From the NCBI GenBank assembly GCA_040376425.1, contig JBEIQS010000002.1:60173-124172 (forward strand): a DNA stretch of 64,000 nt. The letters are read 5' to 3'. The notes under the pieces were generated by a model, which saw only the letters and a program-made list of their open reading frames with translations, was not told where the DNA came from and did no database searches. Origin of the DNA: Alphaproteobacteria bacterium (GTDB lineage Bacteria > Myxococcota_A > UBA796 > SXON01). Below are positions 52,134 through 61,134 of this stretch, one piece after another. The position numbers were made by a program, and so were the translations under genes. Every line of letters begins with the position of its first letter. Position 1 is the first letter of the stretch.

Positions 52134-54668
52134 TCAGTGTGCCGTATCCCAGGTGGTACCCGTTCCGATATCCACTTTCAAAGGAACCCGCAGGCTCGCG
52201 ACCCCTTCCATCGCCGCCTGCACCCGCTTGCCGATCGCTTCGGCCTCGTCCGCAGGGACTTCCAAGAGCAATTCGTCGTGGACCTGGAGGAGGAGGCGGG
52301 CGTTGCTGCCAGAAATCACCGCCGCCACGCGGCTCATCGCCAGCTTGATCAGATCGGCGGCGGTGCCCTGGATGGGGGTGTTGATGGCGATGCGCTCGGC
52401 CGCTCCCCGATCCATGGGGTTGGAGGCGGTGATCCCATTGACCGGCCGGCGGCGCCCGTAGAGGGTAAGCGCGTAGCCCTCCTGGCGAGCCTGCAAAACT
52501 GCCGCCTCCATGTAGCTTTTCACCTGGGGCTGCCGCGCGAAGTAGCCGTCGATGTAGGCCTGAGCCTGCGTGCGGGAGATGTCCAGCTCGCCCGCGAGGC
52601 GGGTGGCGCTCATGCCGTAGACGATACCGAAATTGATGGCCTTGGCCGCCCGCCGCATCTCGGCGGTGACCAGGCTGGGCATCACCCCGAAGACCTCGGA
52701 GGCGGTGCGGCGGTGGATGTCCTCGTCGCGGCGAAAAGCATCGGCGAGCGGGCCATCTTCGCAGAAGTGAGCCAGCACCCGCAGCTCGATCTGGGAGTAG
52801 TCGGCCGACAGGAAGACGTGGCCGGGACGGGCGACAAAGCAGTGTCGGATACGACGTCCCTCGTCGGTACGGATCGGAATGTTCTGGAGGTTGGGATCCT
52901 TGGAGGAAAGCCGACCTGTGGCGGCAACGGTCTGCTCGTAGTTGGTGTGGATCCGCCCGTCGGCGGCGATACACTTGGGCAGCGCGTCCACATAGGTGTT
53001 CTTGAGCTTGGCCAGCTCGCGGTAGGCAAGAATCGCCTTGGGAAGCGGATGTTCCAGCTTTTCCAGGGTGTCGGCGTCGGTGGACCGGCCGAATTTGGTC
53101 TTCTTTCCGGGAGTGAGGCCCAGCTTGTCGTAGAGGATGGTGGCCAATTGTTGGGTGGAGTTGACGTTGAACTCCTCGCCCGCAAGCGCGTGCAGCGCCC
53201 GCACCATCACCTCGATGCGGCCCTCCAGCTCCCGCGACAGGGCCAACAGCGCCGTCGCATCCGCGGCAATGCCCTCCGTCTCCATCGCCGCAAGCACAGA
53301 CACGATGGGAAGCTCAACTTCTTCCAGCACCTGAGTCAGCTTCTGCTCGGCGATTGCCGGAGCCTGGGCCTCCAGAATGGCATGCACAAGCTGTGCCACT
53401 TCGCCCCGATCCCCCTGCGGACGCAGCAAAAGTGTACGCTGGCATACATCATCCAGGTCGTGCTTCTGGTCGGGGCCCAGCAGGTAGTCGGAGAGCATGG
53501 GATCACCCGCCACCCGGCCCAGCTTGATCCCAAACTTCTGGAAGCGACGCAGCAAGGCCTTGCTGTCATAGGCGGCAACGCTCGCTTTCTCCAGCGCTGG
53601 AACCAGCACTTTTCGGGCATGGGCGTCCCAGGGCACCACGCCGCAGCCGCCGGCCCACGCCACCTCCAGAAGGGTGGGCTCGCCGCTGCCGGGAGCGTGC
53701 ATGGAAATCCGCTGCTTTTCCATGACCTCCGCCAGCTTCTTCAGCGGCTGCTCGCCCCAAATCACGGGTGCAGTCTGAAGCTTGAAGCCACCTTCGGTGC
53801 TCAGGCTGGGAAGGGGGGCATCCAGGCCCAGGTCCTTCATCATTCCCTTGAAATTGTACCGATTCAACCGCTCGGCCATCTGCGCGCGGTCCAAGGGGCG
53901 GGGCGCCAGGGCGGCCAGGCTACAGTCCACGTCCATGTCGGTCTTGATGGTGACCAACTGGCGGGCAAGGCGGACTTTTTCCACACTTTCGGCGACCGCC
54001 TGACCGGTCTTGCCACCGATGGCGGCGTGGTTGGCCAGCACCGCCTCCATGTCGCCATATTTCTGTAGGTACTGCGCAGCTTTTTTCTCACCCACGCCGG
54101 GAATACCCGGCACATTGTCGCTGGCATCCCCCATCAGCGACAGCAGGTCGATGATCCTGGCAGGTGGGATTCCCCAGCGTTCTTCCACCTCTTTGGGGCC
54201 CAGCTCCTGCCCCTTCAACAGGTCCAGGATGTGGATGTGCTCGTTCACCAGTTGACAAAAATCTTTGTCGCCGGAGACGATCTTGACGTCCACCTCGGGC
54301 GAGGCGAAGCGCACGGCCAGCGTACCGATGATGTCGTCCGCCTCGGTATCGGGCAGGTTGAACACAGTCAATCCGGTCGCTTCCGCCAGCGGTACAAGCT
54401 CAGGCCACTGCCGACGCAAATCGTCCGGCATGTCCGGGCGCTGCCCCTTGTAGTCGGGGAAGAGGGCATTGCGAAAGCTGTGGCCGCGGTCAAAAATCAG
54501 GGCGGCGTAGTCGGGCTTGTGCTCGCGAAGAATCGCGAGGAGCATCCTGGTAAAGCCATAGATGGCCCGCGTGGGAAAACCATCAGGAGCGCGCATATCG
54601 GACTGGATGGCGTGGTAGGCCCGATAGGCGTGGTTGGAGGCGTCGATGAGCAACAGCTTTTGCGGCAT
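52134..54668 (-). CDS. polA: DNA polymerase I
   Basis: Trimmed to ATG 54668. 5'-nuclease N-terminus LLLIDASNHAYRAYHA, motif A LSADYSQIELRVLAH, motif B RRAAKAINFGIVYGMS and motif C LQVHDELLLEV are present. Confidence 0.9.
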   Translation of the reverse strand: MPQKLLLIDASNHAYRAYHAIQSDMRAPDGFPTRAIYGFTRMLLAILREHKPDYAALIFDRGHSFRNALFPDYKGQRPDMPDDLRRQWPELVPLAEATGLTVFNLPDTEADDIIGTLAVRFASPEVDVKIVSGDKDFCQLVNEHIHILDLLKGQELGPKEVEERWGIPPARIIDLLSLMGDASDNVPGIPGVGEKKAAQYLQKYGDMEAVLANHAAIGGKTGQAVAESVEKVRLARQLVTIKTDMDVDCSLAALAPRPLDRAQMAERLNRYNFKGMMKDLGLDAPLPSLSTEGGFKLQTAPVIWGEQPLKKLAEVMEKQRISMHAPGSGEPTLLEVAWAGGCGVVPWDAHARKVLVPALEKASVAAYDSKALLRRFQKFGIKLGRVAGDPMLSDYLLGPDQKHDLDDVCQRTLLLRPQGDRGEVAQLVHAILEAQAPAIAEQKLTQVLEEVELPIVSVLAAMETEGIAADATALLALSRELEGRIEVMVRALHALAGEEFNVNSTQQLATILYDKLGLTPGKKTKFGRSTDADTLEKLEHPLPKAILAYRELAKLKNTYVDALPKCIAADGRIHTNYEQTVAATGRLSSKDPNLQNIPIRTDEGRRIRHCFVARPGHVFLSADYSQIELRVLAHFCEDGPLADAFRRDEDIHRRTASEVFGVMPSLVTAEMRRAAKAINFGIVYGMSATRLAGELDISRTQAQAYIDGYFARQPQVKSYMEAAVLQARQEGYALTLYGRRRPVNGITASNPMDRGAAERIAINTPIQGTAADLIKLAMSRVAAVISGSNARLLLQVHDELLLEVPADEAEAIGKRVQAAMEGVASLRVPLKVDIGTGTTWDTAH

Positions 54669-54736
54669 GGCCCGCGATTGTATCACGGCCCCTGCTTCCA
54701 GGCGGCACCAGGCAGCCCGCAGGTTAGCCTGCGGCC

Positions 54737-56464
54737 ATGCTGCTGCTCCTCTCGCTCACCTATGCCGCCCGCCTGGATGACTCGACACCGCCGATGGCCA
54801 CCGATCTGATGGTCGCACTGGAGCTTCCATCCAAGCTGAGTCCTCGGGACCCGCTCGCCTGGAAAGCGGCAATTGCTGCAGGGCGGGAGTCGGTACTACG
54901 CTGCGTTCCCGACGCGGTCGAGCAACATCGCTACACGATGGCACCGCTGCTGCATCTCCAACTGCCCGTCGCCTCCCGTGCCGCGTTATTGGACTGCCCC
55001 GGCGTCAAAAGTGTTGGGCCCAACCTTCCCATGTACCCACAGCTCGCCGAAAGTGTGCCCATGATGGGGGCAGACCTGTGGCATGGGGCCGCCTGGGACG
55101 GCACCGGCGGGGCCGTGGCGGTGATCGACTCGGGGGTGGACTGGTCCCTGGCAGAGTTAGGGGGGTGCCTGGGCGCGGGATGTAAGGTTCGCGGCCGGGA
55201 TGTGGCCGACCGGGACGACGACCCCATGGACTGCGAAACCCACGGCACCTCCGTGGCGGCCATTGCGGCCGGCACCCGGGGGGTGGCACCGGGCGCCAAT
55301 GTGGTGGCGGTCAAGGTTTTCCCAGACCAAAGCTGCTTTTCTACGGATGTGGCCACCGTCGCCTCGGGTCTGGACTGGGTGCTGAACCACCAGGCCCAGG
55401 AGAACATCGTCGCCGTCAATCTTTCTGTTGGAGGAACCTGGCTTTATTCCTCACCCTGCGAAGACTCGGAGACCGGCTACACCCCCGCGCTGGATGCCAT
55501 CGTGGCGGCGGGGATGTTGATGGTGGTCTCGGCCGGAAACCAGGTGGATGCCAACCGGGTCAACTACCCTGGCTGTGTCTCCAACGCCTTTACGGTGACG
55601 GCCGTCTACGACGGCGACTCCGGACCGATCTATTGGTCGAATTGTTCGGACAACGTCACCGCGTCGGACCGGATGGCCTGTTTTGCCAATGGCGGCCCGA
55701 TGGTGGATATGGCAGCTCCAGGCGCCATGATCGACGCGGGCGGGGTGATCATGGGTGGGACCTCGCAGGCCGCACCCCATGTGGCCGGGGCCACCGCCCT
55801 GCTGCACCAGGGCTACCCCGACGTGGACGGCGCAACCCTGGGCCTGTGGATGCAGGGCGCCGGCGTGCCGGTGACCGAAACGCGGGGTTCTACCCCCTGG
55901 GTCTACCCCCGGCTGAGCCTGGAGAGCCTGCTTCCGCCCGAGCCGCTGCTGGTCCTGGCCCAGCAAGAGGATCTGCCCGATCTGGTGTACGGTCAGCCGG
56001 GAAATCTGACGGTATCCCTGGAGAATGTGGGAGAGGGAGAGGCGCGGGGCGTGACCCTTTCCGCAGAAGTGGCCGCTCCGGCCGTGTTTTGGGCGACCCC
56101 CGCAGACCCCGGCACGGTGGGGGCAGGGGAGAGCCTGCTGCTGGGCCCCTGGGTGCTGGGACTCGCCGCCGACTGCACGGGTGAGGGCGAGGTGGCCCTG
56201 CGCCTGACGGTGACTTCTGAGCGTTTGCCGCCTCTGACTTTGGACCGTAGTCTATCTTACAAATGCCCGACGGTGGACAGTACGCCGCCAGAAAGTGAGG
56301 GGGAAGAGTCGGAGGTGGTGGAGGACTCCCCGGGGGAGGAGAGCGAAACAACCCCGCCCCCGGAGACGAGCTGCGGCGGCTGTGCGCCGCTCTCCGCACC
56401 CGGGGCGGCCCTTCCGGCCCTCGCCCTGCTGGGACTGCTTCACCGCCGTCGCGATCGCCGCTGA
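54737..56464 (+). CDS. Subtilisin-like S8 serine protease with MYXO-CTERM-type sorting signal
   Basis: Catalytic triad contexts VAVIDSGVD, HGTSVAAIAAG and GGTSQAAPHVAG are present. The C-terminus is SCGGCAPLSAPGAALPALALLGLLHRRRDRR. Confidence 0.85.
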   Translation: MLLLLSLTYAARLDDSTPPMATDLMVALELPSKLSPRDPLAWKAAIAAGRESVLRCVPDAVEQHRYTMAPLLHLQLPVASRAALLDCPGVKSVGPNLPMYPQLAESVPMMGADLWHGAAWDGTGGAVAVIDSGVDWSLAELGGCLGAGCKVRGRDVADRDDDPMDCETHGTSVAAIAAGTRGVAPGANVVAVKVFPDQSCFSTDVATVASGLDWVLNHQAQENIVAVNLSVGGTWLYSSPCEDSETGYTPALDAIVAAGMLMVVSAGNQVDANRVNYPGCVSNAFTVTAVYDGDSGPIYWSNCSDNVTASDRMACFANGGPMVDMAAPGAMIDAGGVIMGGTSQAAPHVAGATALLHQGYPDVDGATLGLWMQGAGVPVTETRGSTPWVYPRLSLESLLPPEPLLVLAQQEDLPDLVYGQPGNLTVSLENVGEGEARGVTLSAEVAAPAVFWATPADPGTVGAGESLLLGPWVLGLAADCTGEGEVALRLTVTSERLPPLTLDRSLSYKCPTVDSTPPESEGEESEVVEDSPGEESETTPPPETSCGGCAPLSAPGAALPALALLGLLHRRRDRR

Positions 56465-56506
56465 GGGCCTCTTCGGCGAGCCCCGGAACCGTGGTACCAT
56501 GGTTGC

Positions 56507-57094
56507 ATGGCGCTTCTCTTCCTCCTCCTCCCGCAACTTTGGGCGGGGGACATCTACCTGGTACGGATGCCGGACGGCAGCATGATGCTGACGGATACGC
56601 CCAAAGCAGGCATGGATTGGGAACTTTGGTGGGATCAGGTGGACCCCCGAACCAACCTGCCTCGTTTGGACCTGATCAAGGATCTCCATAGCTTTGACCC
56701 CTACTTTGTGGAGGCGGAGGGCATCCACGGGGTGCCCGCCGAGCTGTTGAAGGCGGTCTGTGTGGCCGAGAGCCGCATGAACCCCAAGGCGGTGTCCAAG
56801 GCCGGCGCACAGGGCCTGATGCAGCTCATGCCGGGTACCGCAAGCTCTCTGGGGGTGGAAGACCCTTTTGATCCCCGGCAGTCCATCGCGGGTGGGGCCA
56901 GCTATCTGTCTCGCCAGATCCAGAACTTTGCAGGCGACTATCGCCTTGCGCTGGCGGCCTACAATGCGGGCCCGGGGGCCGTCAAAAAATACGGGGGCAT
57001 TCCCCCTTTTGAAGAAACACGCACCTATGTGGACCGGGTGATGGCGATCTACAGGCACTTCCGGGATACAAGCCCGCTCTCTTCGAGCCCTTGA
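56507..57094 (+). CDS. Lytic transglycosylase (SLT domain)
   Basis: [26 protein letters not shown] and AYNAGPGAV motifs are present. Confidence 0.8.
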   Translation: MALLFLLLPQLWAGDIYLVRMPDGSMMLTDTPKAGMDWELWWDQVDPRTNLPRLDLIKDLHSFDPYFVEAEGIHGVPAELLKAVCVAESRMNPKAVSKAGAQGLMQLMPGTASSLGVEDPFDPRQSIAGGASYLSRQIQNFAGDYRLALAAYNAGPGAVKKYGGIPPFEETRTYVDRVMAIYRHFRDTSPLSSSP

Positions 57095-57696
57095 TGACCC
57101 CCTGGTACCGTCGGAAGCGCTTCTGGAACCTGCCCAACACCATCACCGTGCTGCGCACCCTCTTTGTGCCGGTGGTGGTGGCCCTGCTCTGGGAGCGGCC
57201 CGATATGCTGCGGGCGGCGATCGCCACGGGCGTGTTTATTGTCGCGATGCTCCTGGATCTGGTGGACGGTTGGCTGGCCCGAAAGTGGGATCTCCAGAGT
57301 GTGATGGGCGCTTTTCTGGATCCCCTGGCAGACAAGTTGATGCACGTCACCGCCCTGATCATGTTGATCCCCATCGGGTGGGCGCCGGCGTGGATGGTGC
57401 TGGTGCTGGAGTGCCGAGAGCTGGCGATTACGGGACTGCGGTCTTTGGCAGCCGGAGAAGGTCTGGTCATTCCCGCCTCCAGCCTGGGTAAGTTCAAGAC
57501 CGCCTACCAGAGCACCACCATCTCTTTTCTGTTGCTGCACTATCCAATCTGGGGCATCGACTGCCACTCCGTCGGCATCCTGTTGCTCTGGATCTCGATG
57601 TTTATGTCTCTGGCCAGCGGCGCCGAGTACGGATGGCGCTTCTACGAGCACTACAACCGCCGCAAAGAGGCGGGGGGCACACCTCGCGAAATGTAG
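57091..57696 (+). CDS. pgsA: CDP-diacylglycerol--glycerol-3-phosphate 3-phosphatidyltransferase
   Basis: CDP-alcohol phosphatidyltransferase motif [11 protein letters not shown]...[11 protein letters not shown] is present. ATGA overlap with the SLT gene. Confidence 0.85.
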   Translation: MMTPWYRRKRFWNLPNTITVLRTLFVPVVVALLWERPDMLRAAIATGVFIVAMLLDLVDGWLARKWDLQSVMGAFLDPLADKLMHVTALIMLIPIGWAPAWMVLVLECRELAITGLRSLAAGEGLVIPASSLGKFKTAYQSTTISFLLLHYPIWGIDCHSVGILLLWISMFMSLASGAEYGWRFYEHYNRRKEAGGTPREM

Positions 57697-57706
57697 GAAG
57701 AAGCTC

Positions 57707-57759
57707 TCTACCATTTGGTAGACAGGCATCTACCGTACGGTAGAGGAATGTCTACCGTG
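57707..57759. terminator. Tandem hairpins built on the TCTACC half-site in a convergent intergenic region
   Basis: TCTACC-ATTT-GGTAGA at 57707-57722, the perfect 16-mer TCTACCGTACGGTAGA at 57729-57744, and a third TCTACC half-site at 57751-57756. Confidence 0.5.
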
Positions 57760-57775
57760 TGCAAAAAGAGAAGAG

Positions 57776-58540
57776 CTAATACCGATGTTCCAGAGGCCGC
57801 ACCTCCGAACAAGGGCGGCAGATGGTGGAGGGCAGCCCGGTGTTGCGGCGGGTGCGTCCGGCCACCTCCTTGAACACCGGCCCACTCTCATCTTCATCGC
57901 ATTGGAGGCACTCATTCAGGGAGCCATCGGCCTGGTGCCAGGGCTGGTCCAGGGCTGCAAAGCAGGGAGCGGCGCAGGCGACACGGGTGTTTATGGTATT
58001 GTAGTACCAGATCCACGCGCAAGGGGCCGTGAAGCCCAAGGCCTCCAGGCAGGCCACATGCTCCTCGGCCGGGTCGGTGAGGTGTTCCAGGCCGCAGGCG
58101 CGCACCGGCTCGGTCAGCTCCGGCTGCTCGGCATAGACGGCGAGGTCGGCCAGGCTGGAGCAAAGGCCGCAGTGGCCGAAGTGGGTGGGCAGCGCTTCGG
58201 CCTTTTGGGCATCGGCGCTGCTCTCGAAATCCTGGAGCTTGTAGCCGTCTCCCTCGCGGATGACCGCACAGACCGCGTCGGCGCTATCCTGACGAAGTTG
58301 GGGCGCCGCATAGGGGTCGCTCGTGGGAATCTCAGGGGGATTCAAATGCTTCAACGAGCGCCATTGAGCGAAGTCCGTGGCGGAGTAGGTGGGGGGAGAC
58401 CAGGGCTCCCCGCCGCAGTCGCTGCAGGTAGGCGCACACTGATCGGCGCCCAGACCTGTGGATTCGCTGGGGACCCCGAAGAGTTTTTCTCCCGCACACA
58501 GGGGGGGCTCGACGAAACAAGCCAGCAGCAAGAAAATCAT
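57776..58540 (-). CDS. Cys-rich secreted lipoprotein (hypothetical)
   Basis: Trimmed to ATG 58540. Lipobox-like LLLAC. About 20 Cys in 254 aa, including CxxC pairs (CSDCG, CLQCD). No family recognised. Confidence 0.5.
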   Translation of the reverse strand: MIFLLLACFVEPPLCAGEKLFGVPSESTGLGADQCAPTCSDCGGEPWSPPTYSATDFAQWRSLKHLNPPEIPTSDPYAAPQLRQDSADAVCAVIREGDGYKLQDFESSADAQKAEALPTHFGHCGLCSSLADLAVYAEQPELTEPVRACGLEHLTDPAEEHVACLEALGFTAPCAWIWYYNTINTRVACAAPCFAALDQPWHQADGSLNECLQCDEDESGPVFKEVAGRTRRNTGLPSTICRPCSEVRPLEHRY

Positions 58541-58548
58541 GGAATTTC

Positions 58549-59739
58549 CTACCCTTCTTCGGGGGGACGGGGACCGGCCAGCGAAGGCGCGATGGTGGAA
58601 GGTGCAGGGCCCGACAACAGCAGGGCCGCCCAGGCCAACAACATGGTTGCGGTGGTGCCGCCCCAGGTGGTGTAGAGCGCGTAGAAGCTGCTGTTTCCAG
58701 GAAGGAGCAGCAGGGGGAGGGCGGAAAGGCCCACACTCAGCAGGCTGAGGCTCCAACCGCGCCCTGACAGCCCCAAGGCCCACACCAAGGGCAGCAGCGT
58801 ATAGTAGTGGTGCCACCCCGGTTGTAGCGCGAGCGTCAGTCCACAAAATAGATGTGCAAGACGATGATAGCTGTCCTGGCTGCGCAGCCCCACCAGGGCC
58901 CCCAGCAGCGGCGCCATCCCCAAAACACCGATACCGCGCGGCAATTCAAACAACAATGGCCCGTGTTGTTCCGCACCCAGACCCGCACCGTCCACAAACC
59001 ACCGGTACAGCGACACCTGCAAGCCCTGCCCCCCCAGGGCCGCCGCGCTGGCAATGGCCTGCGCATGACCCTGGAGCTGCAACCGAAAAATCGACTGGTG
59101 AAAGGACTGGATCTGATCCCAGGGCAGCATCAACAGCGGCAGACCCAGGCCCAGCAGCAGCCCCCCCACCGCCCACCCCAAGCCCCGCCGATCCCGCCAC
59201 AGCCCCGCCAGCCACAGCACCGGATACAGCTTCACCGCCGCCGCGAGGCCCAGCAGCGCCCCCGCCGCCCCGCCCCACCGGAGCGCACAGAGGGCCGCCA
59301 CCCCCAACGCCATACTCACCTGGCCCCACTTCAGGCTGTGGATCACCGGCAGGCACAGTAGCTGTAGCGCCACGGCCTGGCCCAGCGCCGGGCCCCGTCG
59401 GCCGGGCAACAGCTCGGCGATACACCAGCTTTGGAAGCCGATCAACGCCACCTGAAACAGGGTCCACAGTCCCACCGCCCAGACCACCGGAAGAAAGGCC
59501 AGCGGCTGCAACAGGATGGCGAGGATCGGCGGATAATTCCAATCCCGATGAACAAAACCCTCGTAGAGATGCTGCGCCTGGGGCAGATACACCACCTGGA
59601 AATCACAGGCGAGGTAGGGGCAGTGGTCCAGTCGGGAAAGATTTTGGAGCGGAGCGCCGATCCACAGGATCACCAGCAACAAGGCTGCTAAAAGGAGCCC
59701 CCACCCCACCCATTCCTGACGGGGGCGACCCGCCGACAT
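58549..59739 (-). CDS. Polytopic membrane glycosyltransferase-like protein (DUF2029/GT87-like)
   Basis: Trimmed to ATG 59739. About 10 TM helices. CDFQVVYLPQAQHLYEG...NYPP and AAVKLYPVLWL resemble GT87/DUF2029 hallmarks. Confidence 0.5.
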   Translation of the reverse strand: MSAGRPRQEWVGWGLLLAALLLVILWIGAPLQNLSRLDHCPYLACDFQVVYLPQAQHLYEGFVHRDWNYPPILAILLQPLAFLPVVWAVGLWTLFQVALIGFQSWCIAELLPGRRGPALGQAVALQLLCLPVIHSLKWGQVSMALGVAALCALRWGGAAGALLGLAAAVKLYPVLWLAGLWRDRRGLGWAVGGLLLGLGLPLLMLPWDQIQSFHQSIFRLQLQGHAQAIASAAALGGQGLQVSLYRWFVDGAGLGAEQHGPLLFELPRGIGVLGMAPLLGALVGLRSQDSYHRLAHLFCGLTLALQPGWHHYYTLLPLVWALGLSGRGWSLSLLSVGLSALPLLLLPGNSSFYALYTTWGGTTATMLLAWAALLLSGPAPSTIAPSLAGPRPPEEG

Positions 59740-59750
59740 GCCCTGGCCCT

Positions 59751-59960
59751 TCAGCGGCGTCGGGAGGCGCGGGCCAGCCCAAAGCCGCCCATAAGCATCA
59801 GCACCGCCGCTGATTTTCCGCCACATCCGCCGGGATCTTGGGTATAGGTCAGCTCTGCCGTTGCGTCGGTATCCTGGAAGGGGGCGCTGTCGCCAGAGTC
59901 CCCGGAGTCCGCCGAATCCGCTGCAAGCGCCACAAACAGGCTGAGGAGGAGGATGGTCAT
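59751..59960 (-). CDS. Small acidic secreted protein with MYXO-CTERM-type tail
   Basis: Trimmed to ATG 59960, giving 69 aa. The sequence is MTILLLSLFVALAADSADSGDSGDS...GGCGGKSAAVLMLMGGFGLARASRRR. Confidence 0.55.
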   Translation of the reverse strand: MTILLLSLFVALAADSADSGDSGDSAPFQDTDATAELTYTQDPGGCGGKSAAVLMLMGGFGLARASRRR

Positions 59961-60102
59961 CTGCCACAGCGTAGCCGTCCCGCAAAAACCGCGCAATCCC
60001 TCAGCAAAGTCCCCTACGCTCAAGGCCCCTCGCTTTCCATGTGGTTAGGGGGCCCCGAATCCTCCTCGGAGGACCATCGTTGAGCAAAAATGCTCTGAGG
60101 TA

Positions 60103-61131
60103 GTGATGATTTTGCTTCTTAGCCTACTTTCCTGCAAGGAAATCACCGCGGTCTCCACTGCGGCCACCCCGGCTCTGGCCTTGCGCACGGGGGCTGTGGA
60201 AGCCACCACGTGGCTGCCGACGGTGGAGCTGACTGGAAACGTAGAGCCGGTTGCGATGGTGCAGCTCGGTTTTGACGTTCCCGGGCGGATTGAAGCCTTG
60301 CTGGTCGAGCGTGGTCAGGCCGTCCGCAAGGGCGATGCCATCGCGCGCCTGGACGCGCGCATCGCCTCCGCCCAGCTTGCCCAGGCCGAAGCAGCCCTGG
60401 CGGGCGCAAGAGCTCAAGTTGAAGCGGCAGAAGCCGCTTGGAAGCGCATCGAGCAGATCAAGGCGGCGGGTGGGGTGTCCGAGCAGCAGTACAGCGATAC
60501 CAAGGCGCAGATTGAGGCCGGCCGTGCCGGACTCCAACAGGCCGAAGCGGGCGTGCGGATGGCGCGGGCCAACGTGGACTTCCACACCCTGCGCAGCCCC
60601 ATCAACGGAATCCTGACCAATGGCCCGGACAACGCCGGGATCATGACCGGTGCGGGTACCCCGATGTTCCTGATCGAAGACCTCTCCACCATGCAGCTAA
60701 AGGGCACCGTGGGAGAGGAGTACTCCTGGGTTGCCGCGGGCCAACCGGCCAGTCTTCAGGCCGGCACGCCCGGGACCGAGGTGACCGTCGCTGCCGAAGT
60801 GCTGCGGGTGCTGCCCTCGCTGGACATGGCCACCCGCCGCATTCCGGTGGAGCTGCGCATCGTCGCACCGCCCCTCAACCTGAAGGCCCACGGCTTCGGT
60901 CGGGCGACCATCACCGCCGCCGAACCGCAACCTGCCCTGGCCATCCCGAAGGCCGCGCTGGTGGCCCGTCCTGACTTTTGTGTGTTTGTGCAGGCCGCGG
61001 CCGATCAGGCTCCCACGCGGGTGCCGGTAGCCGTCCTCAAGGAAGAAGGCGACAAGGTTCTGGTTCGGGGCAAGATTGAGGCGGGCAACCTGGTGGTGCT
61101 CGATCCTCCCTACAGCCTCGGCGCGGAGTGA
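60103..61131 (+). CDS. RND efflux periplasmic adaptor (membrane fusion protein)
   Basis: Lipobox LLSC, a coiled-coil hairpin (AQAEAALAGARAQVEAAEAAWKR...), and the motif LRSPINGIL. Confidence 0.8.
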   Translation: MMILLLSLLSCKEITAVSTAATPALALRTGAVEATTWLPTVELTGNVEPVAMVQLGFDVPGRIEALLVERGQAVRKGDAIARLDARIASAQLAQAEAALAGARAQVEAAEAAWKRIEQIKAAGGVSEQQYSDTKAQIEAGRAGLQQAEAGVRMARANVDFHTLRSPINGILTNGPDNAGIMTGAGTPMFLIEDLSTMQLKGTVGEEYSWVAAGQPASLQAGTPGTEVTVAAEVLRVLPSLDMATRRIPVELRIVAPPLNLKAHGFGRATITAAEPQPALAIPKAALVARPDFCVFVQAAADQAPTRVPVAVLKEEGDKVLVRGKIEAGNLVVLDPPYSLGAE

Positions 61132-61134
61132 GCG

